A DNA stretch of 63,604 bases, counting the filler, from Octopus bimaculoides (taxonomy: Eukaryota): NCBI RefSeq assembly GCF_001194135.2. It is 6 parts of 6 records of this genome, joined end to end, with 100 filler letters (N's around TTAATTAATTAA, not from the genome) between each part and the next. Parts side by side here need not be neighbours in the genome. Positions count along the whole stretch, not along the records: positions 1 to 21,131 come from NC_068981.1; 5 more parts are not named here. One strand, given 5' to 3'. A program made the position numbers and the translations under genes. The notes below the pieces were generated by a model, which was not told the DNA's origin, ran no database searches, and saw nothing but the letters and a program-made list of their open reading frames with translations. Below are positions 1-12,980 of the stretch, piece by piece (the stretch's first letter is position 1; each line of letters starts with the position of its first letter).

Positions 1-36
<36 letters not shown>

Positions 37-37
37 C

Positions 38-68
<31 letters not shown>

Positions 69-1155
69 GAACCGCTTAAACAAACTGACAGGCAATCGGC
101 TTCACTCAAATCTTGAGTGAGTGCTGTGTTGTACCCTGGGACAATGTATCTCATATCAGTTTATTCCATTCTACTCCTTTGTCAATCAATACCATACTAG
201 TATTAGCGTAGCTTTGTTTTCCCTATATCGATCATATCTGCGCTTTATCAAGATTAAGAATGCTGCGAGAAAGTCTGTCTATTCGCTAAAAAGATTAATG
301 AATGTGTGGTACGAGTTAGTAAGTCATACATACAGCTGAAGGCTACAGACACAAAAGCACACACAAACCCACATATATTTGCATGTATGTATTTTTGTAT
401 AGATGTATATTTATAAATGTATGTATAATATTTATTACATTAAAGCAGTTTAACCCTGGGTGGCAGTATTCTTGATTTTAAAGTAGAATGAATTTTTGAA
501 GCTTATATAACAGTGTGTTGACTTCGAAAGTTTCTGTGCATGGATGGGGTTGACAAGTCTTCGAAAAATAATTTCAATAAATTTTGTTCCGTCTATATAT
601 GAACGAATCCGTTTTAGAAACGACAATTATTATTTGCTTTATAATAAAATCTGTTCTCCTTAATTAGCCAATTATATTTTGATTTATACAACCCCACCAC
701 TACCGAAGAAAGGTAAATTAATTTGTAACACTTGATATATTACTTATAAAAAAAAAATTAGAACGAAGTTCCAGACCCTGACAATTTTTATAAATTTATT
801 TTCATAGCATGAGAAAAGGATTCCAAGAGAAATAGTTTCTTGGATTTCTGAGTTATTAATAAAGGCAAGTTTCGTTTTGCCCATAATCCAAGGAGATTAT
901 GTATTCAAATGTGTGACTACGATGCCGTTGTATTTCAAGTAACTAGAGTACTATATTTTAAACTAGATTGTATGGTAATTGCTCTACCAAGCAGTAAAAA
1001 AAATTAAATCCCCATAAATGTATTTTACAACATGAATAATGATTCCATACATTTTTTGTTCTCATGTACCGTGATATAAATTTAAAAACATTAATTTTAT
1101 ATGTATAATTTTTATCGAAATCGAGAGTTGAAATACATATCGTTATATATATGCA

Positions 1156-1192
<37 letters not shown>

Positions 1193-2956
1193 NNNNNNNN
1201 NNNNNNNNNNNNNNNNNNNNNNNNNNNNNNNNNNNNNNNNNNNNNNNNNNNNNNNNNNCGATCACCAAAGTATAGAATATAAGCTTGCAGCGAGTGGAGA
1301 CTACGTCTTGTTTTCGACTTTTTCTTCCAACTATTAAGTTTACTTATTTTCACGATCTCCTTGGAATAGATCTGAACGTGACAACACATGATCATTATTC
1401 CATTTTTTCCTTTATCTATTTTTTGCAAATGTAAAAAGAAAAGAAAGTCCCGAGGCTTCATTCTGCACGGGAAATAGGAAGCGAAACCACTCCTGACGCT
1501 ATGCATTAAGTTATTTACTGGCAGTAACTTACAAAGTAACCTGGGTTTGGAATCGTATAAACTATTTCGAAAATTAGCATTAAATAATTTTTTGAACGCT
1601 TACTGTATTTGATATTTTAATATGCTAAACCCTAATGCCAGAGTGTACATCTGAATATCTCTTACATTTCAACCTATTTTAAAATTTACTTTTAATATAT
1701 TTTTTCAAATTTAAAAGTAACTTCAGAACAAACAACCTAATTTATAAAGTTCTACAAAAGCATATGTACTACTGAGTATATGCTTGAAGTCATAAGAGAA
1801 ATGTCAACGGTTTAAAATTTTCATTTTGCTTTCCCGTTGAGAGAAAATAGAAATTTCACCTCTAGCAGAATAGAAAAACCATCTTAACTTGTAGGCTAGG
1901 CAATAGAAATGCTTCCATAAAGTAAAATTTACATCATCTTCCATTACATACGTGACATGTTTCAAGTATTTCTAACAAACGAATAGAAAAAAGAAATTAA
2001 ATAAAAGAGAAAAACGATTCGGTTTTAAAATTTATAAAATCCAAAAATAACATCTGAAGGAGAACTTGTATCTTTCAAATGCAGTAATTTTCTGTTTATT
2101 TTAAATTAAAATTTATTTAAAGCATAAATATTACAACGTATCGTGCAGTGATTTGCGATTAGAAAGAAAAAAGCTATACATGATTCATTCATATAGTAAA
2201 TGTCCATAAGTGATAAATTTTGTATGAACTTCATAGAATATTGATTCAGTTTCACTAGGCACAAGTAGGGTAATATATGTGTGCAAGTTTGTACAGTCGA
2301 CAAAATTAAAATCTGTTTGCATCTAGAGTTTTTGTTTCTCGCCAAACACGAAACAAACATTTCAAATCCCAAAACATAACATTACTACATATATTAATCA
2401 TATAATTGTGTTCGCTTTTCCATTCTAGTCAATATCCTCTCTCGCTCTCTCTCTCTCTTTCTCTCTCTCTCTATCTCTCTCTTTCTCTCTCTCTCTCTCC
2501 CTCTCTCTCTTTCCTCTCTCTCTCACTCGCTTTGTTTCTTTCTCTTTCCACACATACCTATACATACGTATATATATATATTCATTATTCCTTTTGGATG
2601 TTAATCATTTTTAAGCATATAGAAGGGCACAAGCTATGAGACACGTGGTAATCTGGAGGATGTTTTATCAAATGCATGCCCAAAAATTTGCAACAGGTCT
2701 TCCAATTAGAAATAAAAAGAATGAAGTGAGCAATTCCTTTTACAATCAAGTGTGCGACAACCTAATCACTAAGACATCGCCTTGCGACATACTTATTTAC
2801 ACATACATATATAAACAAAAAACATAAATATATAAGTACAAATATATCATACATCACTTATACACACCCATACACACATGCATCCTTAACTAAGCCATCA
2901 TCCGCTTACGTGTACGACTTATTAGCTTCTTCTAGGCAACGGCTAATTGTTTTCAG

Positions 2957-3023
2957 TGCCAATGCAGTCGCCAGTAACTGTAGAACTTCTCTGTACATCC
3001 ATCCTTGACATAGCAGAACTCAG
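2957..3023 (+). other. Candidate 67-nt exon (unverified)
   Basis: ggctaattgttttcag acceptor and CAG|gtatat donor; one open frame reads xPMQSPVTVELLCTSILDIAEL; no family recognised. Confidence 0.2.
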
Positions 3024-3552
3024 GTATATGACAGGTGACAAAGATAAGAGTTTCACCAACAGGCACCTAGTATTCCTCTTCAGCAGAGGTGTGGGGCGGG
3101 CTCGATATAAAGTGCTATTATCTTTATAAGGATGAACTTATACAACGTGCTGTGTATAACTTATACAACGTATGTGTACGTGCGAGAGTGTGTGTATGTG
3201 TGCGTATATGTGTGTGTGCATGCGTGCGTGCTTATGTCTGTGTGCGTGAGTGTGAAAGAAATTAAAATGTTAAGGGAATAAGAAATTATACCATACAATC
3301 CATTAGCTTACAGCTGTTTCCGTTATAACATGCAAAACATATATTTGGGTGCTTGTGTAGTACAATATTGCTTCATCGCAGTTTCAAAACTGAGCTACAG
3401 TTTATTCGGGAAAGCATTCACAAGAATATATACACCAAAAAACATTACCATAGAAAAAGGCATAAATACATTTGGGAAGTGAAGGAGTTTGAGAGGTAGA
3501 AGCTCTTCCCCAAAAAAGTAAATTGAGATAGATTTTATCTACCTATCCCTCA

Positions 3553-3609
<57 letters not shown>

Positions 3610-3743
3610 NNNNNNNNNNNNNNNNNNNNNNNNNNNNNNNNNNNNNNNNNNNNNNNNNNNNNNNNNNNNNNNNNNNNNNNNNNNNNNNNNNNNNNNNNNN
3701 NNNNNNNNNNNNNNNNNNNNNNNNNNNNNNNNNNNNNNNNNNN

Positions 3744-3775
<32 letters not shown>

Positions 3776-4129
3776 GATAGGTATATGAAAATCCCCTCTA
3801 ATAAAAGTAAAAAAGGAAACGTAAAAATACAGCTGGGAAAGGAGATAGAAAGTGACAGAAGTTAAGTCGATAAGAGATGGAAACTGAAAGCCTTTATAAG
3901 AATCATAACGATTCTTCTACATAACGATCCTGGACAGATTGATGATTAGCAACGAACGGCTCGAAGAGGGTATGTTTAGAGGAGGAGGTATATTACACAT
4001 AACAGCGTTTTTGTTTGTGTATATTTACATATGTGTAGATAGAGAGAATATAGGCCGCTAAGTCAGATATATATCTATATATATTTATAACTTTATACAC
4101 ACACCTACATGCAAGTATATTTATATACG

Positions 4130-4180
<51 letters not shown>

Positions 4181-4192
4181 GCNNNNNNNNNN

Positions 4193-4232
<40 letters not shown>

Positions 4233-4233
<1 letters not shown>

Positions 4234-5632
4234 ACTTAGATACGTTTAGACCAAAGATTGGTCCAGGCCATGTCTGACTTAATAGCACCACCTTACACGA
4301 TTATCTAAATCCTTTTTTAGTCAAGTTTTGTGGTAACATGGTCCATTCAAGTAGTGAGTTCTTGTTGAGTGCGTTGTATCCAGGTATAGGTGGCTTACCT
4401 GGTATTTCTTGAAGAATTCTGTCCATTCTCCGGCTAAAGGTGATGGGATCATTTTCCTCTTTGATCAGTTTTGGGACAATGTTAAATAGGGCAGGGACTG
4501 TTGAGTAAAAGAAATTGCGTCGCAGTGTACCCATATGTTGTGATCCTGAATTGGGCAGGGGAGGTATGGCCCGTGGTCCTAGCCTTGGATGAACACTGAA
4601 GCTAATGTTCAGGTTGTTTGGTCAATGCTAGCGGTGTATTCTCCACATCGTGCAAATGATGTACTGCTCGTGGCGGTGCTCGAGAGAGTAGAGTTTCAAG
4701 GCTTTAAGGCGGTCCCAGTAATCGAGATTAGTCATGCCCTTAATTTGTTTAGTGAATGCCCTCTGCGGTGATTCAATTTCCGAAATATTTTGTTTTGTAT
4801 GAGGAGACCACAGGGGCAGCATTATTTGAGGTGTGGCCGTAGAAAGGAGGAGAAAAGTGGAATGAAGACACCTTGTTCTCTGAACCGGAAGCTTCTTAAG
4901 AACCAGGAGCTGATACTACGAGCTATATCGACCTAACTGTTAATGTGGACACTCCAATTGTGATTGTTAATAACAATTACTCCAAAGTTTCTGATATTAT
5001 TAGAGGCTGTGAGCGGTTCCCCTGAAGGAAGAGAGTATGTTTTAGTATAGTCTTGCTTCCAAAATGCATCACCTCAAATTTTCCCTCATTTAGTTGCATT
5101 TTGTTTTTATCTGCCCAATGAAACACCGCATATAGATCAGACTGGAGTTGAGTTCGGTCTTCATTGTTGATTTTCTGGAGCTTAGTGTCATCAGCAAATA
5201 TTTTCACGACGCTGTAAAGGTCGTTTATATAGATTATAAAGAGGAGCGGGCCCATGACAGTCCCCTGAGGGACACCACTGGTGACTTTTGCTGGGCTTGA
5301 GTGGACTCCGTCGATCACAACATGTGTTCTATTCACCAGAAAATACTCAATCTAGTGTAGAAGTTTTCAACGGATTCCAACATTTGCAAATTTTGAGAGT
5401 AAGATACTATGATCAACTCTGTCGAACGCGTTACTGAAGTCAAGATATATGACATCAGAGTTCGAACCTGTTCCCAAGGCTTTAAGCATATATTCTCAAT
5501 GTGGTGTAAGAGCTGTGTTAAACAGTCCCTGCTACAGCGAAAGCCATGCTGATTTGCATTTAGGAGCTTGCAGATCTCTAAGAAGCCAGCAATCCTTGAT
5601 CTTACACTCTTTCAAATACTTTAATTATCTTC
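4233..5632 (-). mobile_element. CR1-clade LINE, 5'-truncated and decayed (RT domain, C-terminus, 3' end)
   Basis: Minus-strand translation gives QHGFRCSRDCLTQLL, DVIYLDFSNAFDRVDH, SGVPQGTVMGPLLFIIYINDL, IFADDTKL and LWSPHTKQNISEIESPQRAFTK...LKALKLYSLE; stops and frameshifts present. Confidence 0.93.
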
Positions 5633-5986
5633 TTACCCCACAGACTAATAACAGGTAACGTGTATATATTTTTCGAAATATATATTTTTTGAAATAATTT
5701 ATACTTAATTTTAATGTACTTTGTTTTATTGTATGTTATAGTAGGCTTTAAAATGCTTATATTATAATATTAGTATTTTGGCTATAACATGCAGTGGTGT
5801 TAGCATATTAATGTTCGAACCTGCCAGGGTGTATTAAGGAATACGAAAGCCATCGCTTTTATTTTCATTGTTCACTGTGCACTTGACGATTTATTATATT
5901 TATTATCTTTAAATGTATATAAATGCATACTCATAGAAACATGGATTAATGAATATTCCTACATATACAATTATACATATGCATAA

Positions 5987-6050
<64 letters not shown>

Positions 6051-6058
<8 letters not shown>

Positions 6059-6086
6059 GTGTATATAACACCTGCTCAAACGTAGA

Positions 6087-6124
<38 letters not shown>

Positions 6125-6160
6125 TCTACGTTTGAGCAGGTGTTATATACACAACTATAT
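6051..6160. repeat. Perfect 110-bp palindrome (40-bp arms around (TA)15)
   Basis: 6051-6090 atatagttgtgtatataacacctgctcaaacgtagatgaa is the exact reverse complement of 6121-6160; the centre 6091-6120 is (TA)15. Confidence 0.97.
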
Positions 6161-7482
6161 TCCTGGTTTTTTAAAATCTTTTTTGTTAAAATTTATATTT
6201 AATAGTTCTTTGTGTTTATTTAACAACATTGAAATCTAGTTAGGTTTCATGATTTATTTATGCTTGATACAGCCGAGTTTAGTTTATTATTATATTTGTT
6301 ATTTGTAATTCTTTTAATCTATTTTCTATATCTTGCCTTCGCTCCTATATCCGTTACATATTAAGTTTTTCATGATCTCAGTGGTTTCATCATCACAATG
6401 CAAAGTTGACACTGTAAAGTTAGAAAGAGCTAATAATGTACACTGATCATATTACAAAGACACATTCTCAATTGGACCACTGAGTACGTCTAATCGGGTG
6501 CCATTGTATGAAAAGTAGCATGGGTGTCGCATCTCTATATTAATTTATTCTGGTGTAATACAATGATTAGAGAAAGTGAAAAAACAACAATTATAGAAGA
6601 TCAAATGTCTACAGCCGCACACTTACACACACACACACACACATACACACACGTATGCTGTGTATAAGTGGTATAATGAGTCAAAATAATTCCTTATTCC
6701 TGCACCTATTTCACCTTCTCATTCTAAGTCGGTAGCCATCGCTACCAAATATTTTCTTTAGATTCTCTCAGTATTTAGATAATTTCACTGAATCAAGAAT
6801 TTAACTCGTGCGTTATTTAGTGTAACATCTCTCATTTTTCCAAATTAACGCTACGTGCCCGTTAACTCATTTTTTGTAAGTATGAAATTATCCTACAACA
6901 TTTGAACGCTAACAGCCAGATACTACCTCAGTGCTTATTAGCGGCTCACATCTTCATTACAATGCTATCTATATGCTGTCACTGCACAGCTACTGATGGT
7001 ATAAGTGACAAAGAATAGGGACATCTCATTTTGGGTTAAAACTTAGAATTTATCCTAACTGCGAGACGTTTCTACAATTTATAGAATCTGTGTGTGCATG
7101 TGCGGGCGCACCAGTGCATGCGTGTGCATGCGTCTGTATGTATGTCTGCTAATTTATCTGTAAGCAACATTCTTATTTCAGTTCTTAATTATTTATTGCT
7201 TTATATATATACACACATATATGTATATACATATATACATACATACATATATATATTATTATCATTATTATTATACTCAGTAGGTTAATTGCCACTTGTG
7301 TATTAATTAGATATCCTACCAGTAGTATATTGGATAGATACTATCCCTTAGTTGGTTGGATTTACAACCTCTTTCTTACTTTCTTATGTATGTATGTATG
7401 TATGTATGTATGTATGTATGTTTGTATATATGTATGTATGCATGTATGTATGTATGTATGCATGTATGTATGTATGTATGTA

Positions 7483-7542
<60 letters not shown>

Positions 7543-7945
7543 ATCAAGGGTTCGGGAGAAAATCAGGTACTTTAACTTGTAAACACTACCTTTAGTCGAA
7601 TAAATATACTGGGTACTGAAGTACATCCAGTGAAATATTCAGGGTATGCATACAGAGGACTTCACCCTTACGAGTGTTTAGCGCCTAAGGGTAGGTCCAA
7701 AGTGCACGTTCTATTGGTCGCTTTGTGTTTGGTATACTCCAGAATGTCAGACGGGTCGGGATTCCGTTTTGGTGGATCATAAGCAAATAAATAAATAACA
7801 AACGATGGATGAATGTCAGTCCATCACAGCTGTTTCTAACGCATTTTAATAAATGAATGAGTGCGTTACATCATAGCAGAACACCATTTTCATTAGATGA
7901 TACAAAAGATTTCAAGCAATAGAAGAACAATCCATGAACTCAGTT

Positions 7946-8545
7946 GGAATACGCCTAGACTCGAACCAAAGCTAGCCTGAAATGAGAGAACAAACATAAG
8001 GCTGTATTGACCAATAAAAGAGCTACAAATGCATTTAAAGTTTAGTTAGTGGGTAGGGGTAAGAGAAGAGTTATAGCCACCATACCGCTTAGTGAGCATA
8101 TCTAATAACAATCAGTTCCAATTAACCCACTCCCACTCTCATTTCATAAACACCTTCTCCTGTATTTCACCCAAAATTCTGAATTCTTTTACCTCTTTAA
8201 TTTTGATTTTAGAGAAGTATATGTGACACTCATATCGAATGTTTAATTGCCTTTTAATTACTTTATCCTGGGTTAAACTCTTCCTATTCACATTTCAAAT
8301 CCTAGTGTAATAAAATGAATAGCATGAAGACACATATATAATTAACTACAGGTCATTTTTACATTTTGATAACGAACCAGACTATCCCGATATACACTCT
8401 AACCGGTATGGTGGCTCTAAATCTTCTCTTACCCTTACCCCCTAACTTAACTCGTAATGTCTTTGTAGCTCTTATATTGATCATTATAGCCTTACGCTCT
8501 TTCTCCCACTCCAGGCCAGCTTCGGCTGGGGTTTAGACGTGTTCC
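7946..8545. mobile_element. Non-autonomous foldback / long-TIR element (about 157-bp inverted arms)
   Basis: 7946-8102 aligns to the reverse complement of 8389-8545 (e.g. gggtaagagaagagttatagccaccataccg vs gggtaagagaagatttagagccaccataccg), roughly 75-80% by eye; termini GGAA...TTCC; no TSD seen. Confidence 0.85.
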
Positions 8546-10855
8546 TATTATGTTCATGGTAAACATATTATCTTATTACTTAATATTGACGAAACAAGTG
8601 TAAAATAAGGTGACACACACACACACATATATGCATACATACATATATATATATATANNNNNNNNNNTTTGATCCGTTCATAGTATAGCAGACTCGTGTC
8701 TAAGGTACTGTGATGTGAGTTTGAACTTGAAACGACTTAAATGGAGAGTAAACTTTATAATCACGCATACATTTCGGCAGAATAGCTGTATATATATATA
8801 TATGTGTGTGCGTGTGTGTTTACATATATGTATGTAGTTCGTACTTAAACATACACACTATATATTGATGTTCATATGAATATTTGTTTGTATGTGTATA
8901 TATGTTGTTTGTGTGCCTGTGATATATGTTTTAAATCATCGCTCATTTGAATCCATTAATAATACGGTAAACCATATTGCTTTATGGGAATATATTCAGC
9001 GCATTCACGAGTGTAAGGAGCGTTATCATGAAATCATTCATTTATTAAAGTTTCAAAGCACGTTTAATTAATGCGTTTTTAGCAAACTTGAAATGTACAG
9101 AATATTTCCAGTGTCTTTAGAAATAATATATGTTGTAATACTGTTTTTCTTCCCTTTTTCTCACCTGAAAATAACATTTATATAACGATTTCGGAAACAT
9201 GATCAAATTTCTATAAGAAATATAGAAAACAATGACGTAAATTACGTTGCTGCAGCTGCAGGTGCAGCTCTTCCTGACGTTGTTACTGTTTATAGTGGTA
9301 GCGTTGAAGCCAGTTGTTCTTGTGATGGTGGTGGCAGTGGTGGTGGTGGTGGCGGTTGTGGTGGTGGTGGTGGTGGTGATGNNNNNNNNNNNNNNNNNNN
9401 NNNNNNNNNNNNNNNNNNNNNNNNNNNNNNNNNNNNNNNNNNNNNNNNNNNNNNNNNNNNNNNNNNNNNNNNNNNNNNNNNNNNNNNNNNNNNNNNNNNN
9501 NNNNNNNNNNNNNNNNNNNNNNNNNNNNNNNNNNNNNNNNNNNNNNNNNNNNNNNNNNNNNNNNNNNNNNNNNNNNNNNNNNNNNNNNNNNNNNNNNNNN
9601 NNNNNNNNNNNNNNNNNNNNAATAATGATGGTGCGGAATGGTGAGTTTTGTGACTGTGGGTGAGTTGGTCGGTGGCTGGAGTTATGTTGAAATTTTAGAT
9701 GATGAGGGAGTTTGTGGGCAGCGGTTTTAATTATAATGTTGTTGTTATTGGTGGTTGCGGTGGTGGTGTTATTGATGCCAGCAGTAGTGTATGTGTGTGT
9801 GTGCGTGTGTGTGTGTGTGTGTGTGATGGGGGGGGGCAACTGTAATAGTGGTTGTACTGGTGGTTGTGTCGTTGGTGCTAATAGAATTGTTGTTTGTGAA
9901 GGTGAAGACAACTTTTTATGGTAAGAACTAGGAAAAAGGTCTATCTGATTGAGATGATACGTTTTTGATTGTGTATTTCTAAAAACCTGTAGGAGGAGGG
10001 GGAGGAGGTATATAAATGTACTGAAAAACAACATCTTAGAATTATATGGATCATCGTTTGGAAAGGAAAAATGATATTCGTGAAAGGAAACGATATATTT
10101 AATTACTCTAATCAGATTGACAAATATAACCAGTGACTTCTGAGAGAACAGAAATTGGTATACACAAAGAAGTGAAAGAGAATCATGCCTAAGGTCTTTA
10201 TGCAGTTTTATTTGATCATACGGTCCACACGCTTGACACATGGGGTCATTGAATGCATCAGAAGGTAGACATGTTTAATGATCAACAGTTGTTGACCATC
10301 TTGTGTTCAAATCATACAATGCTCGTATTTTTCTTCCCTACAGAATGTCATGTACTAACGTCCGTGTAAATAAAAACCAAAGTATTGAATTCTTATTCTA
10401 GTCATTGGCACTTTGGTATAACATTTTCATCAGATCAATATTAAATGTGTTATGAATCATTTTGAATCCGATAAATTGTGTATAAGCTACATACTATGCG
10501 ACAGTCAGTGATCTGGCCTAAAGAGGTAACTGTTAATAGTTCAAAATCCCGCAAAGTATTTCATTTTGTTTTTGAAATGGAGTCTGTATAACTGTGGGGC
10601 TACATTTATCTAGCTACGAATATTTATAAATGGCACATCTGACAATCGCTTTCCTTTCTATACCAACACAGAAAACCAACACGAAATATAACAACATAAT
10701 GCTCTCATTAGTTCAACAATATATGTTTCTAGATGATACATATTTGAAATAAACTCGGTAGATAGTTGTACGTCATATGCTATTATCAATAATAATATGC
10801 TATTATCAAAAGATTATATATATTGAATATATAATACATATATATACTTCTGTGT

Positions 10856-10896
<41 letters not shown>

Positions 10897-11214
10897 TGTG
10901 TGTTTGTGTGTGTGTGCGCGCGTGTGTGCGCGCGCATGTGTATGTGATGGGAGGCTAAGAAAGAAACAGTGAAAATCCTTGTATATTGGGAGATATTCCG
11001 AGAGTAAACTTCAACATGTACTGATCTAGCAGTGAAGGTTATTTTATATTCCTTCCACATATCTTAGTACCGTCTGCATTATTTCCTACTATCAATGCAC
11101 CTACAGTCACGTTGTATTATTTGTTCCTTTCTTATGGGCAGAATCGGCACACGAAGAGTATGAAGCAAACAACTCTTCTTTATAAACATGTTTTTCGGTC
11201 ATTTTCTGATGAGC

Positions 11215-11360
11215 AACGCTGCGGTTTCCGTCTACCAAATTCAGTCACAAGTCTGTAGTTGGCTTAGGGCTATAATAGAAAATACAAGGCAGAGAGACGG
11301 AACGTGGAACCATGTGGTTGGGAAACAAACTTGTTAACCACACAGTCACCCTTGCACCTA
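11215..11360 (-). mobile_element. tRNA-derived SINE, family A head (degenerate)
   Basis: Reverse complement matches the family A head at 47291 and 63297 (ccaaccacatggttcc...tttggtagacggaaac). Confidence 0.75.
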
Positions 11361-11641
11361 ATGTGTGTGTTTACATTTGTTGTTAAACCGAGTATTGTGT
11401 CGCACTATGTCTCAAAGTTAGCAGTTCATCAAGCAGACATCTATGAAATAAATGCCAGATTGCGTACTGAGGTCAGTATGATCAATTTAATTTTTGAAGG
11501 TGATACCCTATCATGGCGACAGTCGAGAGACTAAACCCAGTAAAATAATGTTTAAAGACTTAATGGCTTCAAATTTAAGGTAATGGATTACTAACCACAA
11601 AATAATGACTTCAAAACTTCGTATTGAACTTCCACTCTATA

Positions 11642-11795
11642 CCTATTTCTTTACTGCCCACAAGGGGTTATACATAGAGGGGACAAACAAGGACAGACAA
11701 ACAGATTAAGTCAATTATATCGACCCCAGTGCGTAACTGGTACTTATTTAATCGACCCCGAAAGGATGAAAGGCAAAGTCGACCTCGGCGGAATT
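11642..11795 (-). mobile_element. SINE family B, 3' two-thirds
   Basis: atcgaccccagtgcgtaactggtacttatttaatcgaccccgaaaggatgaaaggcaaagtcgacctcggcggaattt; same core at 26.4, 43.2, 48.5, 48.7 and 51.0 kb. Confidence 0.9.
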
Positions 11796-11981
11796 TCATA
11801 CCACTATATGTACATCTCAGTCTACTTGACTTCCAACAATTAACAATTGTAATTTTAAGTTGAATAGTTAGCACTAAAAATGATGTCCATCGTTTTTTAA
11901 TTATTGTGCAAAATATTCTGAGAAAAATTATATTTTTACCACAACAAAACAGAGCGAGAGAGAGAGAGANNNNNNNNNNGA

Positions 11982-12020
<39 letters not shown>

Positions 12021-12279
12021 GTCTCTGTGGTAACTTGAGCTACTACAAATTGGAGACCAATTTTCTCTTAAAACACACTCTTTCATCAAAAGAAAAACAT
12101 AGATTTACAGTATTTCAGGAAGGGGAAAAAACCCAAAAGCTACGCGATGTGTTTGCTACACCAGAGGAAACCCTGGGCTAAATAAAATACAGACAAACAT
12201 ACTTCACATTAAAAGAGTATGTATTAAATAATACTAATAAAGTTGACGGTAAATTTTCGAAGTTTCATTCCCTGGTATT

Positions 12280-12520
12280 TTAATATTGTATTTTAATATT
12301 GTTCAAGCAGAGTTGCCTCCCTTAGGTAAAGACCTCAAAATTGTGCGACCTGACATCGTTTTCTAGTAAGAAAAGAGTTTTTGTGTAAAACAACATACTT
12401 TATTTGGTAGCCGAAAGATTATTGAATCTTTTGATACCTCATACATCAAAATCGGCAACTCAATTTACGAATCCATACGAAACATACGCACACACGCAAA
12501 CTCTGTTTTATTATATTAAA
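12280..12520. mobile_element. Possible non-autonomous Helitron/Helentron-like fragment
   Basis: gatacctcatacatcaaaatcggc...cacacacgcaaactctgttttattatat resembles the subterminal organisation of such elements; termini not confirmed. Confidence 0.3.
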
Positions 12521-12821
12521 ACAGTAGTCTCTCCGTAGTTGTTTTATTACTAGAAATATCAGACACAATACTGAAATTATATTCTACAGTTTTCAAAAGG
12601 TGCATAGGAAACAATGAAATCTTAGGTATACAAAAAGATAGGATGATCATGGTTTGAATATCTTAAATTCTAAGTTTGTTCGAATATCACTCCTGTGAAG
12701 CTGCTCGGCATTAAACATGTCGCAACATACTCTTCCTTTATACAAAACATTCCATTCACTATGTTGACTTATCTTTGTTGTTAAGACAACACTCTTAGTT
12801 CAACTTAGGTGTACCACTCAC

Positions 12822-12830
12822 AGTTTTCCC
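12822..12830 (-). other. Candidate 9-nt microexon GGGAAAACT
   Basis: Minus strand: tgtttttgtctctgttttccag|GGGAAAACT|gtgagtgg. Confidence 0.3.
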
Positions 12831-12980
12831 CTGGAAAACAGAGACAAAAACATTTTCTTTCCCTCACTGGAACTCTCCATTTGCTGTCCTAATATTCTGT
12901 CGGTTGTTCCTAAACAGTAGCATTAATCTCATCTTGAAATCATAGGCTGCAATATACACAAATATTTCTGTGTTTTGCAG

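Noticed and set aside
668-712. 45-nt + strand exon-like segment (tag|...AAG|gtaaat)
   Set aside because: Moderate splice signals and two open frames with no recognisable homology; indistinguishable from chance.
5645-5655. 11-nt exon-like segment (cacag|ACTAATAACAG|gtaacg)
   Set aside because: Sits at the 5' junction of the CR1 copy; no supporting context.
9117-10241. 374-aa ORF and a cag|gtgag recursive-splice-like site near 9165
   Set aside because: The ORF spans a gap and trinucleotide repeats; the site is a single motif with no host gene established.
12590-12625. 36-nt + strand exon-like segment (xFKRCIGNNEIL)
   Set aside because: Weak donor (gtatac); phase-compatible with several mutually exclusive downstream exons, showing how easily chains arise by chance.
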